Positions 8,814 to 18,349 of a stretch of DNA of 64,000 nt are shown piece by piece. The DNA is taken from positions 33,651 to 97,650 of the forward strand of contig MNGN01000031.1 of assembly GCA_001918745.1 (NCBI GenBank), in the 5' to 3' direction. The translations under genes and the position numbers were made by a program. Every line of letters begins with the position of its first letter. The stretch's first letter is position 1. This DNA is from Crenarchaeota archaeon 13_1_40CM_3_52_17 (GTDB lineage: Archaea > Thermoproteota > Bathyarchaeia > 40CM-2-53-6). The notes beneath the pieces were generated by a model that saw only the letters and a program-made list of their open reading frames with translations, was not told the DNA's origin and did not search any database.

Positions 8814-9572
8814 ATGAGACTACAACTAGCGCAGACAACAGAAACACAACGCGTCTCGCCACAAGACATCCTGGACTACAAAACCTTCGCTCGCAAGCAC
8901 CAAACTCCTGTGGGAAAGAGTGAACTCAAGCAATTCGAACGATTTCACGCGGCAACGCGCCTCATTTCCCAAGAAATGGACACATACCTAGACGCAAGAC
9001 TGACCCCCAACGACCATTCCAGAACAATAACTGTAGACGTATGTGGGGTCAAGAACAAAACCTTGACGGCAGTGTTTTGTCAGACCACCGGAATAGACGA
9101 GGCCTTCGCAAAATCCATCGAAACAATCAACAAATCACAGAATACCAACGCGATTATTCTTCTGCCAAGAGAATTGGATCAGCTTACCTTAGGGGAACCG
9201 GTGCGCCTTGCCCTTGAGACAGGCAAGGCTACTATGGAAGTGCTCGGCTGGTTTGGCGATACATTCCAGGAAACATTTCGAGAAACCTTTGCTCTGATAG
9301 AGCTCTTGGGAAATGAGACAAGAATGAGAATGCTAGCGCCGCTACTCGAAAGGTCAGGCGCGAAAAGAGACTATCGGACCAGGATAAATCCAAAGCTTGT
9401 CTACCACAACATATCGGCTCTTTCCGATGCTGGTCTCCTCGACGAGAACATTCAAGGAGCGTACGAGTTAAGCCAGTTCGGAAAGACGGTTCTCGCAGAA
9501 TTCATCACATTTCTGGAGAAGACTCGGAAGACCCTTGATGAATCAAGAACTAGGGAGGTGAAAAATGATTGA
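8814..9572 (+). CDS. transcriptional regulator, C-terminal ArsR-like wHTH, uncharacterised N-terminal domain
   Basis: 252 aa; LIELLGNETRMRMLAPLLE ... LVYHNISALSDAGLL helix-turn-helix; 4-nt overlap with the downstream hsp20 gene. Confidence 0.5.
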   Translation: MRLQLAQTTETQRVSPQDILDYKTFARKHQTPVGKSELKQFERFHAATRLISQEMDTYLDARLTPNDHSRTITVDVCGVKNKTLTAVFCQTTGIDEAFAKSIETINKSQNTNAIILLPRELDQLTLGEPVRLALETGKATMEVLGWFGDTFQETFRETFALIELLGNETRMRMLAPLLERSGAKRDYRTRINPKLVYHNISALSDAGLLDENIQGAYELSQFGKTVLAEFITFLEKTRKTLDESRTREVKND

Positions 9573-10156
9573 GTGAAGATGAATTCTTTTCCAACTGGCT
9601 ACGTCGTCGATGGCGATTTCCCACGGCTAACCTCTTTGACGAGCTCGAACAAGACTTCGAGTCAATGTTCAAGGACCTGGAGCTTCCAAAGGATCTCATC
9701 AGAGAACGAAAGCTTCCTGATGGCAGCACCGTTAGAGAAATGGGTCCATTCGTCTACGGCTACTCATTCAGCATGGGTCCCGACGGCAAACCGGTAATCA
9801 GAGAGTTCGGCAACGTCAAACCCTCTTTGAAGGGAGGACCATCAGGCGCGGTTAGGCCTCAGCTCGACGTAAAGGAAGATCGAGAGCCCCTAGTAGACAC
9901 AATAGTCAACCCCGACTCAGTGAAAGTCGTCGCCGAGCTCCCGGGTGTCGAGAAATCAGACATCACCCTCGAATGCAACGGACAAAAGCTGACGCTGAAG
10001 GTGGACACGGACAAACGGCGCTACTACAAGGAGCTGGAGCTTCCAGTTGAAGTTGACCCTGACACATCAAAAGCGTCTTACAAGAACGGCGTGCTGGAGC
10101 TATTGCTGACTAGGAAAAAGACTGGGTCAAAGGCCAAGCAGATAGCCATCGACTGA
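9569..10156 (+). CDS. small heat shock protein (Hsp20/alpha-crystallin family) with long N-terminal extension
   Basis: 195 aa; alpha-crystallin domain VKEDREPLVDTIVNPDSVKVVAELPGVEKSDITLECNGQKLTL ... GVLELLL. Confidence 0.75.
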   Translation: MSEDEFFSNWLRRRWRFPTANLFDELEQDFESMFKDLELPKDLIRERKLPDGSTVREMGPFVYGYSFSMGPDGKPVIREFGNVKPSLKGGPSGAVRPQLDVKEDREPLVDTIVNPDSVKVVAELPGVEKSDITLECNGQKLTLKVDTDKRRYYKELELPVEVDPDTSKASYKNGVLELLLTRKKTGSKAKQIAID

Positions 10157-10160
10157 TTTT

Positions 10161-10190
10161 GGGAGTCCCACTCCCACCACCTTTTCTTTG
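10161..10190 (+). terminator. hairpin GGGAGT-CCC-ACTCCC followed by T-rich tract (CCTTTTCTTTG)
   Basis: 5 nt after the hsp20 stop codon; directly read. Confidence 0.45.
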
Positions 10191-10290
10191 AAAGCCGAGA
10201 AATCCAAATCGTCCTTCCGGACGATATTCGAGGCAGAGAATGCTAGACCTGCGCCTAAGTCTTAACCACTGATGATCGCAGTTCAATCGC

Positions 10291-11493
10291 ATGGTTTCAA
10301 GCGAGTTGGTCATCAGCCAGGCGGAGCACAAATCCAGGATAGAGAAAATTCGGGATCAACTGAAGAAGTCGCGGTGCGCCGCACTCTATCTTACGAATCC
10401 CACCCGGATTCTATACGCTACTGGATTTAGCCACATTTCCACAGAGCGACCTCTAGCCTTAGTCATCCCGCAAGAAGGTGCCATCTTCATGATGGGTCCT
10501 CATCTGGAGGAGGATCATGTCAAACAGGACTGTGCCCTCATAGAAGAGTTCTTCAGCTATCCCGATTATCCTGGCATTACTCATCCGATTCTACACTTTG
10601 TGAACGTGCTGACCCGAAAGGGATTGGCAGGATCGAAAATCGCGACGGACTACGTTGACGGAGCGGCTGGAGGCTGGGGCTACCGAGGCCCTTCCCTGCG
10701 AGACTTGCTCCATCAGGCCATGATTGTCGACGGTAAAGATCTGGTTGACACTCTGAGATTGGTAAAATCGAGGCAGGAAATACACCTGTTAAGAGAGAGT
10801 GCTCGATGGGCTGAGAAGGCTCACGACATTCTAATGGAAAACATCGCACCCGGAGAGCATGATGCGCTAATCGGACTGAAGGCGAGCTACAAAGCGTTGA
10901 CAGAAATGATGAAGAAACTTGGGGCTAGGTATCGCCAACTAAAGTGGGGCCTTTCGCCCGTAGTTGTAGGCTGTCGGGGACAGGTCGGACCGGGGTCGGC
11001 TGTGCCACACGCCGTCTTCTCCAAGCGGAGGATCCGGCGAGGGGATGTATTAGTTACTGAGGCGGGTGTCGAGGTCGGAGGATACACCTGCGAGCTCGAA
11101 CGGACGATGATAGTTGGGAAACCCCGGCCGAGAGAGAAGAAATACTTCGAGACCATGCTGAGAGTTCAGGACGCCGCACTAGGAGCGTTTATGCCCGGCG
11201 TTGCTTGTTCCCAGGTCGACGCGATCGCGAGGAAGACGGTTGAAGCGGCGGGTCTGGCGGGCGCTCTTCGTCACCATGTAGGCCACGGCATTGGAATCGA
11301 TGGCCACGAGCCACCCTGGCTAGACCCAGGAGAGAAGACGGTCATGAGACCTGGAATGGTGTTTTCGTGCGAGCCAGGACTTTACGTTCCGGGCCTTGCC
11401 GGGTTCCGACATTCAGACACGGTAATGATTACCAAAGATGGAATGGAATTCATAACTGAGTATCCACGAAGCCTAGAAGATCTGACAGTCTAG
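10291..11493 (+). CDS. Xaa-Pro aminopeptidase / M24B family peptidase
   Basis: 400 aa; creatinase N-domain plus pita-bread domain with metal ligands (HHVGHGIGIDGHEPP, CEPG). Confidence 0.8.
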   Translation: MVSSELVISQAEHKSRIEKIRDQLKKSRCAALYLTNPTRILYATGFSHISTERPLALVIPQEGAIFMMGPHLEEDHVKQDCALIEEFFSYPDYPGITHPILHFVNVLTRKGLAGSKIATDYVDGAAGGWGYRGPSLRDLLHQAMIVDGKDLVDTLRLVKSRQEIHLLRESARWAEKAHDILMENIAPGEHDALIGLKASYKALTEMMKKLGARYRQLKWGLSPVVVGCRGQVGPGSAVPHAVFSKRRIRRGDVLVTEAGVEVGGYTCELERTMIVGKPRPREKKYFETMLRVQDAALGAFMPGVACSQVDAIARKTVEAAGLAGALRHHVGHGIGIDGHEPPWLDPGEKTVMRPGMVFSCEPGLYVPGLAGFRHSDTVMITKDGMEFITEYPRSLEDLTV

Positions 11494-11510
11494 CAGAGCT
11501 GAACCGGATT

Positions 11511-11732
11511 CTACGTCCACAACGCGTTAGGTAGCGCCTTCTCCATTGGGGGAGAAACCGGATGATCGTGGTATGTCTCTCCACAGTGTGGACACTTTAG
11601 ATTTCTTCGCCACATCCGGTAGATCAGTTTGAGCCCAACAAATGTCAAGGTGAAAACGACGATACCCGCGATCGCAGATGCAATTGCAGAGTCCACGTTC
11701 ATTATGAAGATGAAATAATGAATGTCGACCAA
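11511..11732 (-). CDS. small membrane protein with CPHC motif
   Basis: 73 aa; one TM helix; KCPHCGETYHDH. Confidence 0.25.
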   Translation of the reverse strand: MVDIHYFIFIMNVDSAIASAIAGIVVFTLTFVGLKLIYRMWRRNLKCPHCGETYHDHPVSPPMEKALPNALWT

Positions 11733-11925
11733 TTCAGGGGACCTCGAACACGATACGAGCGAAGTGTGGACGCTTGAGTGGACAAGTTTTGGCGCTCATA
11801 CGCTATAATGCGAAACTTGCGGTATAAACCTACCTCAGAATAGAAGCCGCAAACTGAGGCGGTAGATATCTGTTTATTGAAAAGTATATCGCACCCTCAA
11901 AACCCCGAACGTCTTGCGGGGAATA

Positions 11926-12117
11926 TTAGGGCTGACTGTTCGGTAGGGTAGTCTGAACAGGTTTCAAGACTTCGTCAGCGTGAGTGATCTTGACCAGCCC
12001 TTTGAGGAGAAGCCGATTCGTTACTTTCGCGCAGACATCACAGTCCTTGCCCGGACAATACCCTTTTAGAAAGTTCTCACATTTCCAGCGATAATTCTCT
12101 ATCTCAACGGTGGACAT
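11926..12117 (-). CDS. small Cys-rich protein
   Basis: 63 aa; C-x7-C-x4-C-x2-C. Confidence 0.2.
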   Translation of the reverse strand: MSTVEIENYRWKCENFLKGYCPGKDCDVCAKVTNRLLLKGLVKITHADEVLKPVQTTLPNSQP

Positions 12118-12200
12118 ACAAACGAGGCCTTTGTTGATTGGCCTTCAGCCTGAAATCGACTAAAGTCTCGCGTAACTTCACGCAAAAGCAGTCGGTAACA

Positions 12201-13418
12201 TCAGGAAGGTCGACTCATTTCCCTATACACCTCTCTTTGTACGATGTACCTCATGATTTCACTGTACCTCCTCCAATCGTCATGAACCGGGCATCCCTGA
12301 AGTAACGCTCAACGGGCAATTCTTTTGTGTAGCCATACCTCCGTGGACTTGCAAAGACTCGTGCGCCACCTCGAAGGCAGTTCCGGATCGCGTAAAGCTT
12401 AGCAACCGCACCCGCCTTTCTGGCTCCCTCTCCTCGACCGAGAACTCGGCCAGCATGAAGAATGAGGAGTCGAGAAGCCTCGAGCTTGACAGCCATGTCG
12501 GCTATCTTGAAGCTCACGCCCTCAAAATGTCGAATTGGACGGCCAAACTGCTCTCTCGTCGACAAGTAGTAAACAGCAGCCTCAAATGAGGAGCGAGCGA
12601 TCCCCATCATTCCAGCAGCCACGGCAGGACGTTCCCGGTCGAGCTCATCTAAGATGATCGGGAAACCATGGTTCAGATCGCCCACGAGATTTTCTCCTGG
12701 GACACTGACCCGGCGAAACCGCAGATGGACGACAATGGCGCCTCTCATTCCTAGAAGACCGTACGCCTTCACGACGTCGAGACCCTTCGAATTCCGCGGA
12801 ATCACGAAGGCGCCGAGCCAGACCGAGGAGGTCTACTGGGATCAGTAACCGTGAACAGAAAGATATAGTCCGCAACACCCCCCGTTTGTTATGAATCGTT
12901 TTTTTTCTGTCAAGAATGAAGTCTCTGCCATCGCGCTGTGCACGGGTCTTGATGGACCCTGCGTCGGATCCGGCCTGAGGCTCTGTAAGAGCGAGAGCGC
13001 CTACCTTCTCTCCTGAAAGGACCGGGCGTAGGAAGTCTTTCTTCTGGACCTTATTTCCGAGATATGCAAGCGGCGCCGCGTACAACGCGGCAGACGCTAG
13101 TCTAGCCGCTTCCGCAGTAGCACTGACAGCCGAAACCTCTTCGGCCACAATCGTCTCACGAGCCCAGCCCAGGCCAAGACCCCCATCAGATCTTGAGAAA
13201 GGGGCGCCTAGTAACCTATTTCTCCCGAGGGTGCGAAGAAACCGCTGGGGAAAAACTCCCCGGCTTCTATCTGAGGTGCCAATGGCTTGAGGTGCTTTTG
13301 GACAAACGCCCTCACTATGCGCTGGAGGCTCGGCTCCTGCCTGGTCAGAGCTAGGCTCATCACGAAATCCGTCCGACTGTGGGGTGTTTAAGCTAGCGAG
13401 GGGATTGTCAGTAGGAGT
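12201..13418 (-). pseudogene. acyl-CoA dehydrogenase pseudogene (no start codon, at least four frameshifts)
   Basis: ACAD-like segments recovered across three frames: FPQRF ... GGLGLGW ... ALALTEPQAGSDA ... DFILDRKK | KRFITNGG | GGVADYIFLFTVTDPS | AFVIPRNSKGLDVVKAYGLLGMRG ... PGENLVGDLNHGF ... FKIADMA ... RDARFMTIGGGT | SEIMRYIVQRE; shifts at an A8 run (about 12898-12905), a G6 run (about 12878-12883), about 12815, and about 12260. Confidence 0.7.
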
Positions 13419-15002
13419 CTACGCATATTGGGTCGGTGCGACGACGATCGACTTGGGCTTAACAGCCACTGCTATGGCCTCCCGGAATACTGGCCTATAG
13501 GCGATTCCATATAGGATGAGTCCGTCCTTCCCCTCGTAGTCCAGCCTTCTAATTACACCTTCCAATCGGACCCCTGGTTTCAAGTCGGCGATATCCGCGT
13601 CAACGAACAGCACTTTATCATTTTCGAGGAGTTCGAAGTTTGAGGTCCATCTCTTCTTGAACGGAAGCTTTGCGACGTTTTTCAGCTTCGCAAATCTTGG
13701 AAAACGTTTCTTCTCCATCGGTCCCGGACAGTCCGAGGCGAGACAGGTCTCTCTTGCGGGATAGTAGATCCTGTTGCAACCTTTGCAGAGGGAGAGCGAG
13801 AAGTGGCTTCCGTTGACCGGTTCAATCTCGCCGACCATTCGCGGAATCTCCAATCTTCGCTTAATTCTAGAGAGTCGTTCGCGGATCAAGTCGTGGTAAG
13901 TGTCTATTCTGATCTCGGATTTCCGTTCGACATAGTCCATTACGGTGGGAGCTCGTCCTCTCTTCTCCTCGATTCCATCTTGTACCTCAAACCAAGTTGC
14001 GTTTGAATAGGCTCCGGAGCCGTAGGACACGGCCAGAACCTGGTCTCCCGGTTTTGCCTTGTCGAAAAGTGACGCGAGGGATATCATCGTAGAGGCAGCG
14101 TACGTATTTCCGGTATCCAACACTCTGAGCCATGGCTTGATTTTCTTCTCAATGTCTTGCTCTGTGAGCCTCATCCGTTTAGAAATCGAGGAATCGCTAA
14201 CATAGGGAATCTCGTCCATTGTCAGCGCATTGCACGTCTTCATCGGAAGATAACCCGATGGCTGGTGAAATGTTATCCAGTCAAAGTCCGACAAAGAGAG
14301 ATCGGGATGCTTACGGAATAGGTTGGCGATCGCACCGATGATATGTGATTTGTAAGCTTCAACAGTCGTCCTACCGAAGTGTTTGGGGACAGCGGATTCC
14401 TCGCGTCTCCAAAAGTCCATGTAGAGGCTTGAATACGGCGCAATGTCCTCGATACTCGCGATAAGATCACTCTTCCCCAATACAAAAGCTCCGGCACCCG
14501 CTCCAGCCGAGTATTCCAGAGGGTCCCCGCGTTCCGCCTGAGCAACATCCGACCCGATCGCGAGACCATATTTTATTCGCCCGCTACGAATCTCGGCATC
14601 AATGAAGCCGACACCCTGCATTCCGGAATTGCACGCACCTTCAAGGTCGGCAATGAATACGTTCTCTCCAACACCGACAAAGGATCCGACGTGTCGCGCA
14701 ATAGTTCCGACCGCATATGGCTTAGACTCCGAACCGGCGGTAACGGCTCCGATTTCTCCAGGAGAAATCCCGGCCATGCGTATGGCATTCTCCGCCGCCT
14801 CGGTGGCGATCGTCATCGTGTCCTCAGTGTGGCCCGCCACAGCCTTTTCACGCAGAAGAAGCCCATGTCTAACCTTGTCCAGAACCTTTTCAAGTTCTTT
14901 CCCCCGCTTCTTCTCTCGCTCCCTGACAATCTTCGCTGTCTCAATCCGTTCTCGGGGAATGTAAACCCCATAACCAACAATTCCAACTTTACTGTGAATC
15001 AT
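13419..15002 (-). CDS. HMG-CoA synthase fused to a C-terminal DUF35 (zinc-ribbon + OB-fold) domain
   Basis: 527 aa; N-terminal 350 aa match archaeal HMGCS (GIVGYGVYIPR, active-site Cys in LEGACNSG); C-terminus CKGCNRIYYPARETCLASDC zinc ribbon plus OB fold. Confidence 0.8.
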   Translation of the reverse strand: MIHSKVGIVGYGVYIPRERIETAKIVREREKKRGKELEKVLDKVRHGLLLREKAVAGHTEDTMTIATEAAENAIRMAGISPGEIGAVTAGSESKPYAVGTIARHVGSFVGVGENVFIADLEGACNSGMQGVGFIDAEIRSGRIKYGLAIGSDVAQAERGDPLEYSAGAGAGAFVLGKSDLIASIEDIAPYSSLYMDFWRREESAVPKHFGRTTVEAYKSHIIGAIANLFRKHPDLSLSDFDWITFHQPSGYLPMKTCNALTMDEIPYVSDSSISKRMRLTEQDIEKKIKPWLRVLDTGNTYAASTMISLASLFDKAKPGDQVLAVSYGSGAYSNATWFEVQDGIEEKRGRAPTVMDYVERKSEIRIDTYHDLIRERLSRIKRRLEIPRMVGEIEPVNGSHFSLSLCKGCNRIYYPARETCLASDCPGPMEKKRFPRFAKLKNVAKLPFKKRWTSNFELLENDKVLFVDADIADLKPGVRLEGVIRRLDYEGKDGLILYGIAYRPVFREAIAVAVKPKSIVVAPTQYA

Positions 15003-15261
15003 TAGAAGACCTTCGGCAACACTCGATATGTGAAGAGCTTTTTCTCAGCCAACACGGTATTTAAGACTACGTTGAATACGCTTTTACGGCACGAGTCGAA
15101 CAAATCCCTAGCTACGAGCAAAAGACGATTCTTCCGTCCCACGGCACAGGTCAGCAGTTTCTTCAATCCTTCTGAAACTCGGAGAGTACTCACTTGGTTA
15201 CAGTCTGTTTTTGGCGCTAGAGACCAGCCCGGTTCACTAATAGCTTCTCGAAGGACCACAG

Positions 15262-17016
15262 ATGGTATTCCGCTCTACAACGAGCACATTTCTGGCACTG
15301 ATAATTCTATCCTTCTCAGCAGGAGCAATAAATGGCCCTCACAGCGATGTGAAAAGCGGGCTCATCCCGAATCATTTACCCCTTGCAGCGGTGAATGGAC
15401 CTCAGCGAACCATAGTAGTTACTGTTCAGTTTCCAGACAAGGGAAACGGTACTTCCCCTACTCAGATTCTGACGATGCTCTCTAACTTGAACAGCTTTTA
15501 CAACGAAGACTCGTACGGAACCATTTCATTTCAGACGGGCATGACGCCAGCAGTCACTTCTAAATGGTACACTTTGCCGAACTCACTGGCGTACTATGGA
15601 GCAGATACCGTTTCGAGTGACAGCCAACTAGTATCTGACTCGCTACAAGCAGCATACAACGCAGGAGTCGACCTCGCTAGCTACAAGTTTGCAATCGTAG
15701 TTCACTCAGGCAACGACGAGGCGATGACCCATGTGACTGCTGACATTCATTCATTCACCATTCCTGGTTATGTTTTCAATCCGGCTCCCTTAATATCATA
15801 CAAGATTTCCACCTCCGTGGTAGCTGAATCTGACACGACGGGGGTTTTCTGTCACGAGTCAGGCCACCTTCTGGGACTTCCCGACCTTTACGATTTGACC
15901 GGTCAAATAGACCCGTCGAATAACTTCCTGGGATATTGGGAAATAATGGCATTGGGAGAATGGAACCCGAACACTGGTAACCCACTCCAGCCCAAACCCG
16001 GTACCTATCCATCTCACCACTCGATATGGTCCAAAATACAGCTGGGCTTTGTTCCAAGCTCAAGAGTCACCGTCGTTCAACCAGGTCAAAGCGCCAATAT
16101 CACCCTAAAGAACTTAGAATCTCCAACCACTGGCAACCAATCCGTAAAGATCCCAATTGCCGCCAACCAAGATGGCTCGCTGACCTACTATCTTGTGGAG
16201 ATGAGGGCAAAGATAGGGACATATGACCAGTACCTACCTTTTCCCTCAGATTATCCGGGAGCAGGCATTCTAGTCTACAAAGTAAACGAGAGTATCGCTG
16301 CAGGACATGGAAGCGTCCGCCTGATAGATGCACATCCAGGCGGAGATCTTAGCGACGCGCCATTTGGACCATGCAATTCACCGTGCGTTAGTGAGAACAC
16401 GTTCTCAGACCAGGCGAACTTCGTAAAGGTTATCGTGACAACGACCAGCCCAACCTCTTATTCAGTTCTGGTTGATCGAACAAGCGCACCAAGGCTTCTT
16501 TTGCAAATCAACACTCCCTCACAAGGCATTAGCATCACCATCGACGGTGCCAATTGGACCTCGGACGCTTCAAACCAGTTGAGGCTCCCGGTGCGATATG
16601 GTCCCCACACCATTTTCATACAGCCGCAAATTCCAGTGTCAATCGGGTCCACTACCATTCAGCTCGGACTCACAAATAGCTTCGCCGCATGGGACGACGG
16701 AAGCACGTCCAACCCACGATGGGTCTCAATTGTCAAAGATAGCGTTCTAACCGCCAGTTATCGAGTGGTAATAGAGCCCTCGTTCGCTACGGCGATTACG
16801 GCAGCGACGATCCTTGGATTCGTTGTACTCGCAGTAACGTTTCATCGGAGACGCCATCAGGCTCTCGGCAAAGATGGAGGTTTGCCCACCTACTCTTCGC
16901 CGGAACCAGTACTGACTCAGCTGGGCAATCCGTTGTCCCCCATGGGGTCATTCCCAGGGAATGATGCTCTTTCTGGAGTACCCGTAGATAACAACAACGA
17001 GCCCAAGGGCTCCTAA
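15262..17016 (+). CDS. secreted M6-family (immune inhibitor A-like) metalloprotease, C-terminally membrane anchored
   Basis: 584 aa; signal peptide; VFCHESGHLLGLPDLYD = HExxHxxGxxDxY M6 signature; C-terminal TM helix plus about 60 aa tail. Confidence 0.65.
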   Translation: MVFRSTTSTFLALIILSFSAGAINGPHSDVKSGLIPNHLPLAAVNGPQRTIVVTVQFPDKGNGTSPTQILTMLSNLNSFYNEDSYGTISFQTGMTPAVTSKWYTLPNSLAYYGADTVSSDSQLVSDSLQAAYNAGVDLASYKFAIVVHSGNDEAMTHVTADIHSFTIPGYVFNPAPLISYKISTSVVAESDTTGVFCHESGHLLGLPDLYDLTGQIDPSNNFLGYWEIMALGEWNPNTGNPLQPKPGTYPSHHSIWSKIQLGFVPSSRVTVVQPGQSANITLKNLESPTTGNQSVKIPIAANQDGSLTYYLVEMRAKIGTYDQYLPFPSDYPGAGILVYKVNESIAAGHGSVRLIDAHPGGDLSDAPFGPCNSPCVSENTFSDQANFVKVIVTTTSPTSYSVLVDRTSAPRLLLQINTPSQGISITIDGANWTSDASNQLRLPVRYGPHTIFIQPQIPVSIGSTTIQLGLTNSFAAWDDGSTSNPRWVSIVKDSVLTASYRVVIEPSFATAITAATILGFVVLAVTFHRRRHQALGKDGGLPTYSSPEPVLTQLGNPLSPMGSFPGNDALSGVPVDNNNEPKGS

Positions 17017-17505
17017 CCCGAGACCCACAGTATTCGCACTTCCATCCCGGGCTATCAAGACCTTCTCCGTGCTTCCCAAGACTCGGGCCGAAATGTTAAC
17101 AGTTTTCGATGGTTGAGAACCCTGGTTGTCGAACACGAAGCAGTATGTCCCTGCCGCCCTAAGTGGAATATTGAACGACTTATTTCCCACCGTTTGGTCC
17201 ACGAGAACGGTTGGAGGGTGAAGCGACGGAGAACATGACTGAGAGTTGTTCATGGCTAAGAGTTCGAAATGGATCGTTGAAGCGCCTGCACCAGGTTCGA
17301 AAACTGTAACGTTTGCCCGCAACTCGTTGTTCATGCCGGAAAATGCGGTAATGTTCCTTGGCTGTTCAACTAGAGTACCTGCCTGAATCGGAAACCCGTT
17401 TTGAACCCAAACGTTCTGTTCGCTAACCACGGGAGTCGTGTGCACAGCTGGGATTGAAGCATAAGCGACGAGCCCGACTACTAACAAAGCTAGCCCGAGA
17501 ACCAC
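16948..17505 (-). CDS. small exported, sequon-rich protein with N- and C-terminal TM segments
   Basis: 185 aa; last gene of the ABC operon on the minus strand; NITA, NVTV, NNSQ, NKSF, NISA sequons. Confidence 0.35.
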   Translation of the reverse strand: MVLGLALLVVGLVAYASIPAVHTTPVVSEQNVWVQNGFPIQAGTLVEQPRNITAFSGMNNELRANVTVFEPGAGASTIHFELLAMNNSQSCSPSLHPPTVLVDQTVGNKSFNIPLRAAGTYCFVFDNQGSQPSKTVNISARVLGSTEKVLIARDGSANTVGLGLGALGLVVVIYGYSRKSIIPWE

Positions 17506-17522
17506 GAGTTTGAATTGCGTGA

Positions 17523-18341
17523 CTAGCGATCCTCCATGTTTCGCAGTCCCTGAAACTCTTTGAGTCCACTCAACCGATGTCGCATTATGCTCGCTTCCAG
17601 CTCGGATTGCAACAAAGAAAAGATATCTTTGTGAATGCTCACGAAGTTGGAGGCGGTCGGGCTTCTCGGGCGAAGCAACTCGATTGGTACTATGCTCTTA
17701 ACTCTAGCGGGACGTGCCGAGAGAACCAAGATCCTGTCAGCGAGTTCGATTGCCTCGGGAAGGTTGTGGGTGACGAGAAGGAAGGTCTTCTGAGTTTCAG
17801 CGTGAATCTCTGCAACCTCTTCCCTGAGGGCTTCTGCTGTGAACTCGTCAATAGCGCTGAAGGCCTCGTCCATTAAGACCACCTCTGGGTCTATGGCGAG
17901 GGCTCTGGCTATTCCGACCCGTTGCTTCATTCCGCCGGATAGCTGTTTCGGATAGAGTTTCTCGCTGTCTTTGAGACCCACCATTCCGAGAAGCTCTCTA
18001 GCCGTATTTTCCCTCTCGCGTTTCGGGACTTTCTGGACCTCAAGGCCGAAGGCGACGTTGTCTAGGACCGTTCGCCAAGGAAGTAGAGCAAAGCTCTGAA
18101 AGACCATGCTGATCTTGGGGTGGGGAGCAGTAAGCAGGTCCCCTTTGAAGCGTATTTCCCCCGAGGATGGCCTATCCAGTCCTGCAATCATTCTTAGAAG
18201 GGTGGATTTCCCGCAACCGCTTGGCCCAACGATACAGACGAACTCTCCCTCGTGAATCTGAAAAGAGATGTCGTTAAGCGCCGTCACGGTTTGTGGTGGT
18301 TCGGAATACACCTTTGTGACATTCGAGAATTCAACATGCAT
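17523..18341 (-). CDS. ABC transporter ATP-binding protein (nitrate/sulfonate/taurine NitT/TauT type)
   Basis: 272 aa; Walker A GPSGCGKST, signature LSGGMKQRVGIARAL, Walker B VVLMDEAFSAID. Confidence 0.85.
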   Translation of the reverse strand: MHVEFSNVTKVYSEPPQTVTALNDISFQIHEGEFVCIVGPSGCGKSTLLRMIAGLDRPSSGEIRFKGDLLTAPHPKISMVFQSFALLPWRTVLDNVAFGLEVQKVPKRERENTARELLGMVGLKDSEKLYPKQLSGGMKQRVGIARALAIDPEVVLMDEAFSAIDEFTAEALREEVAEIHAETQKTFLLVTHNLPEAIELADRILVLSARPARVKSIVPIELLRPRSPTASNFVSIHKDIFSLLQSELEASIMRHRLSGLKEFQGLRNMEDR

Positions 18342-18349
18342 TCAGTTGG

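Noticed and set aside
12201-15002. The ACAD remnant is in the same reading frame as HMGCS-DUF35, separated only by a TAG, so a TAG read-through or pyrrolysine-type fusion is conceivable.
   Set aside because: TAG is used as an ordinary stop elsewhere in the window (glyS, hutH). The ACAD part is riddled with frameshifts, and the in-frame arrangement has a one-in-three chance expectation.
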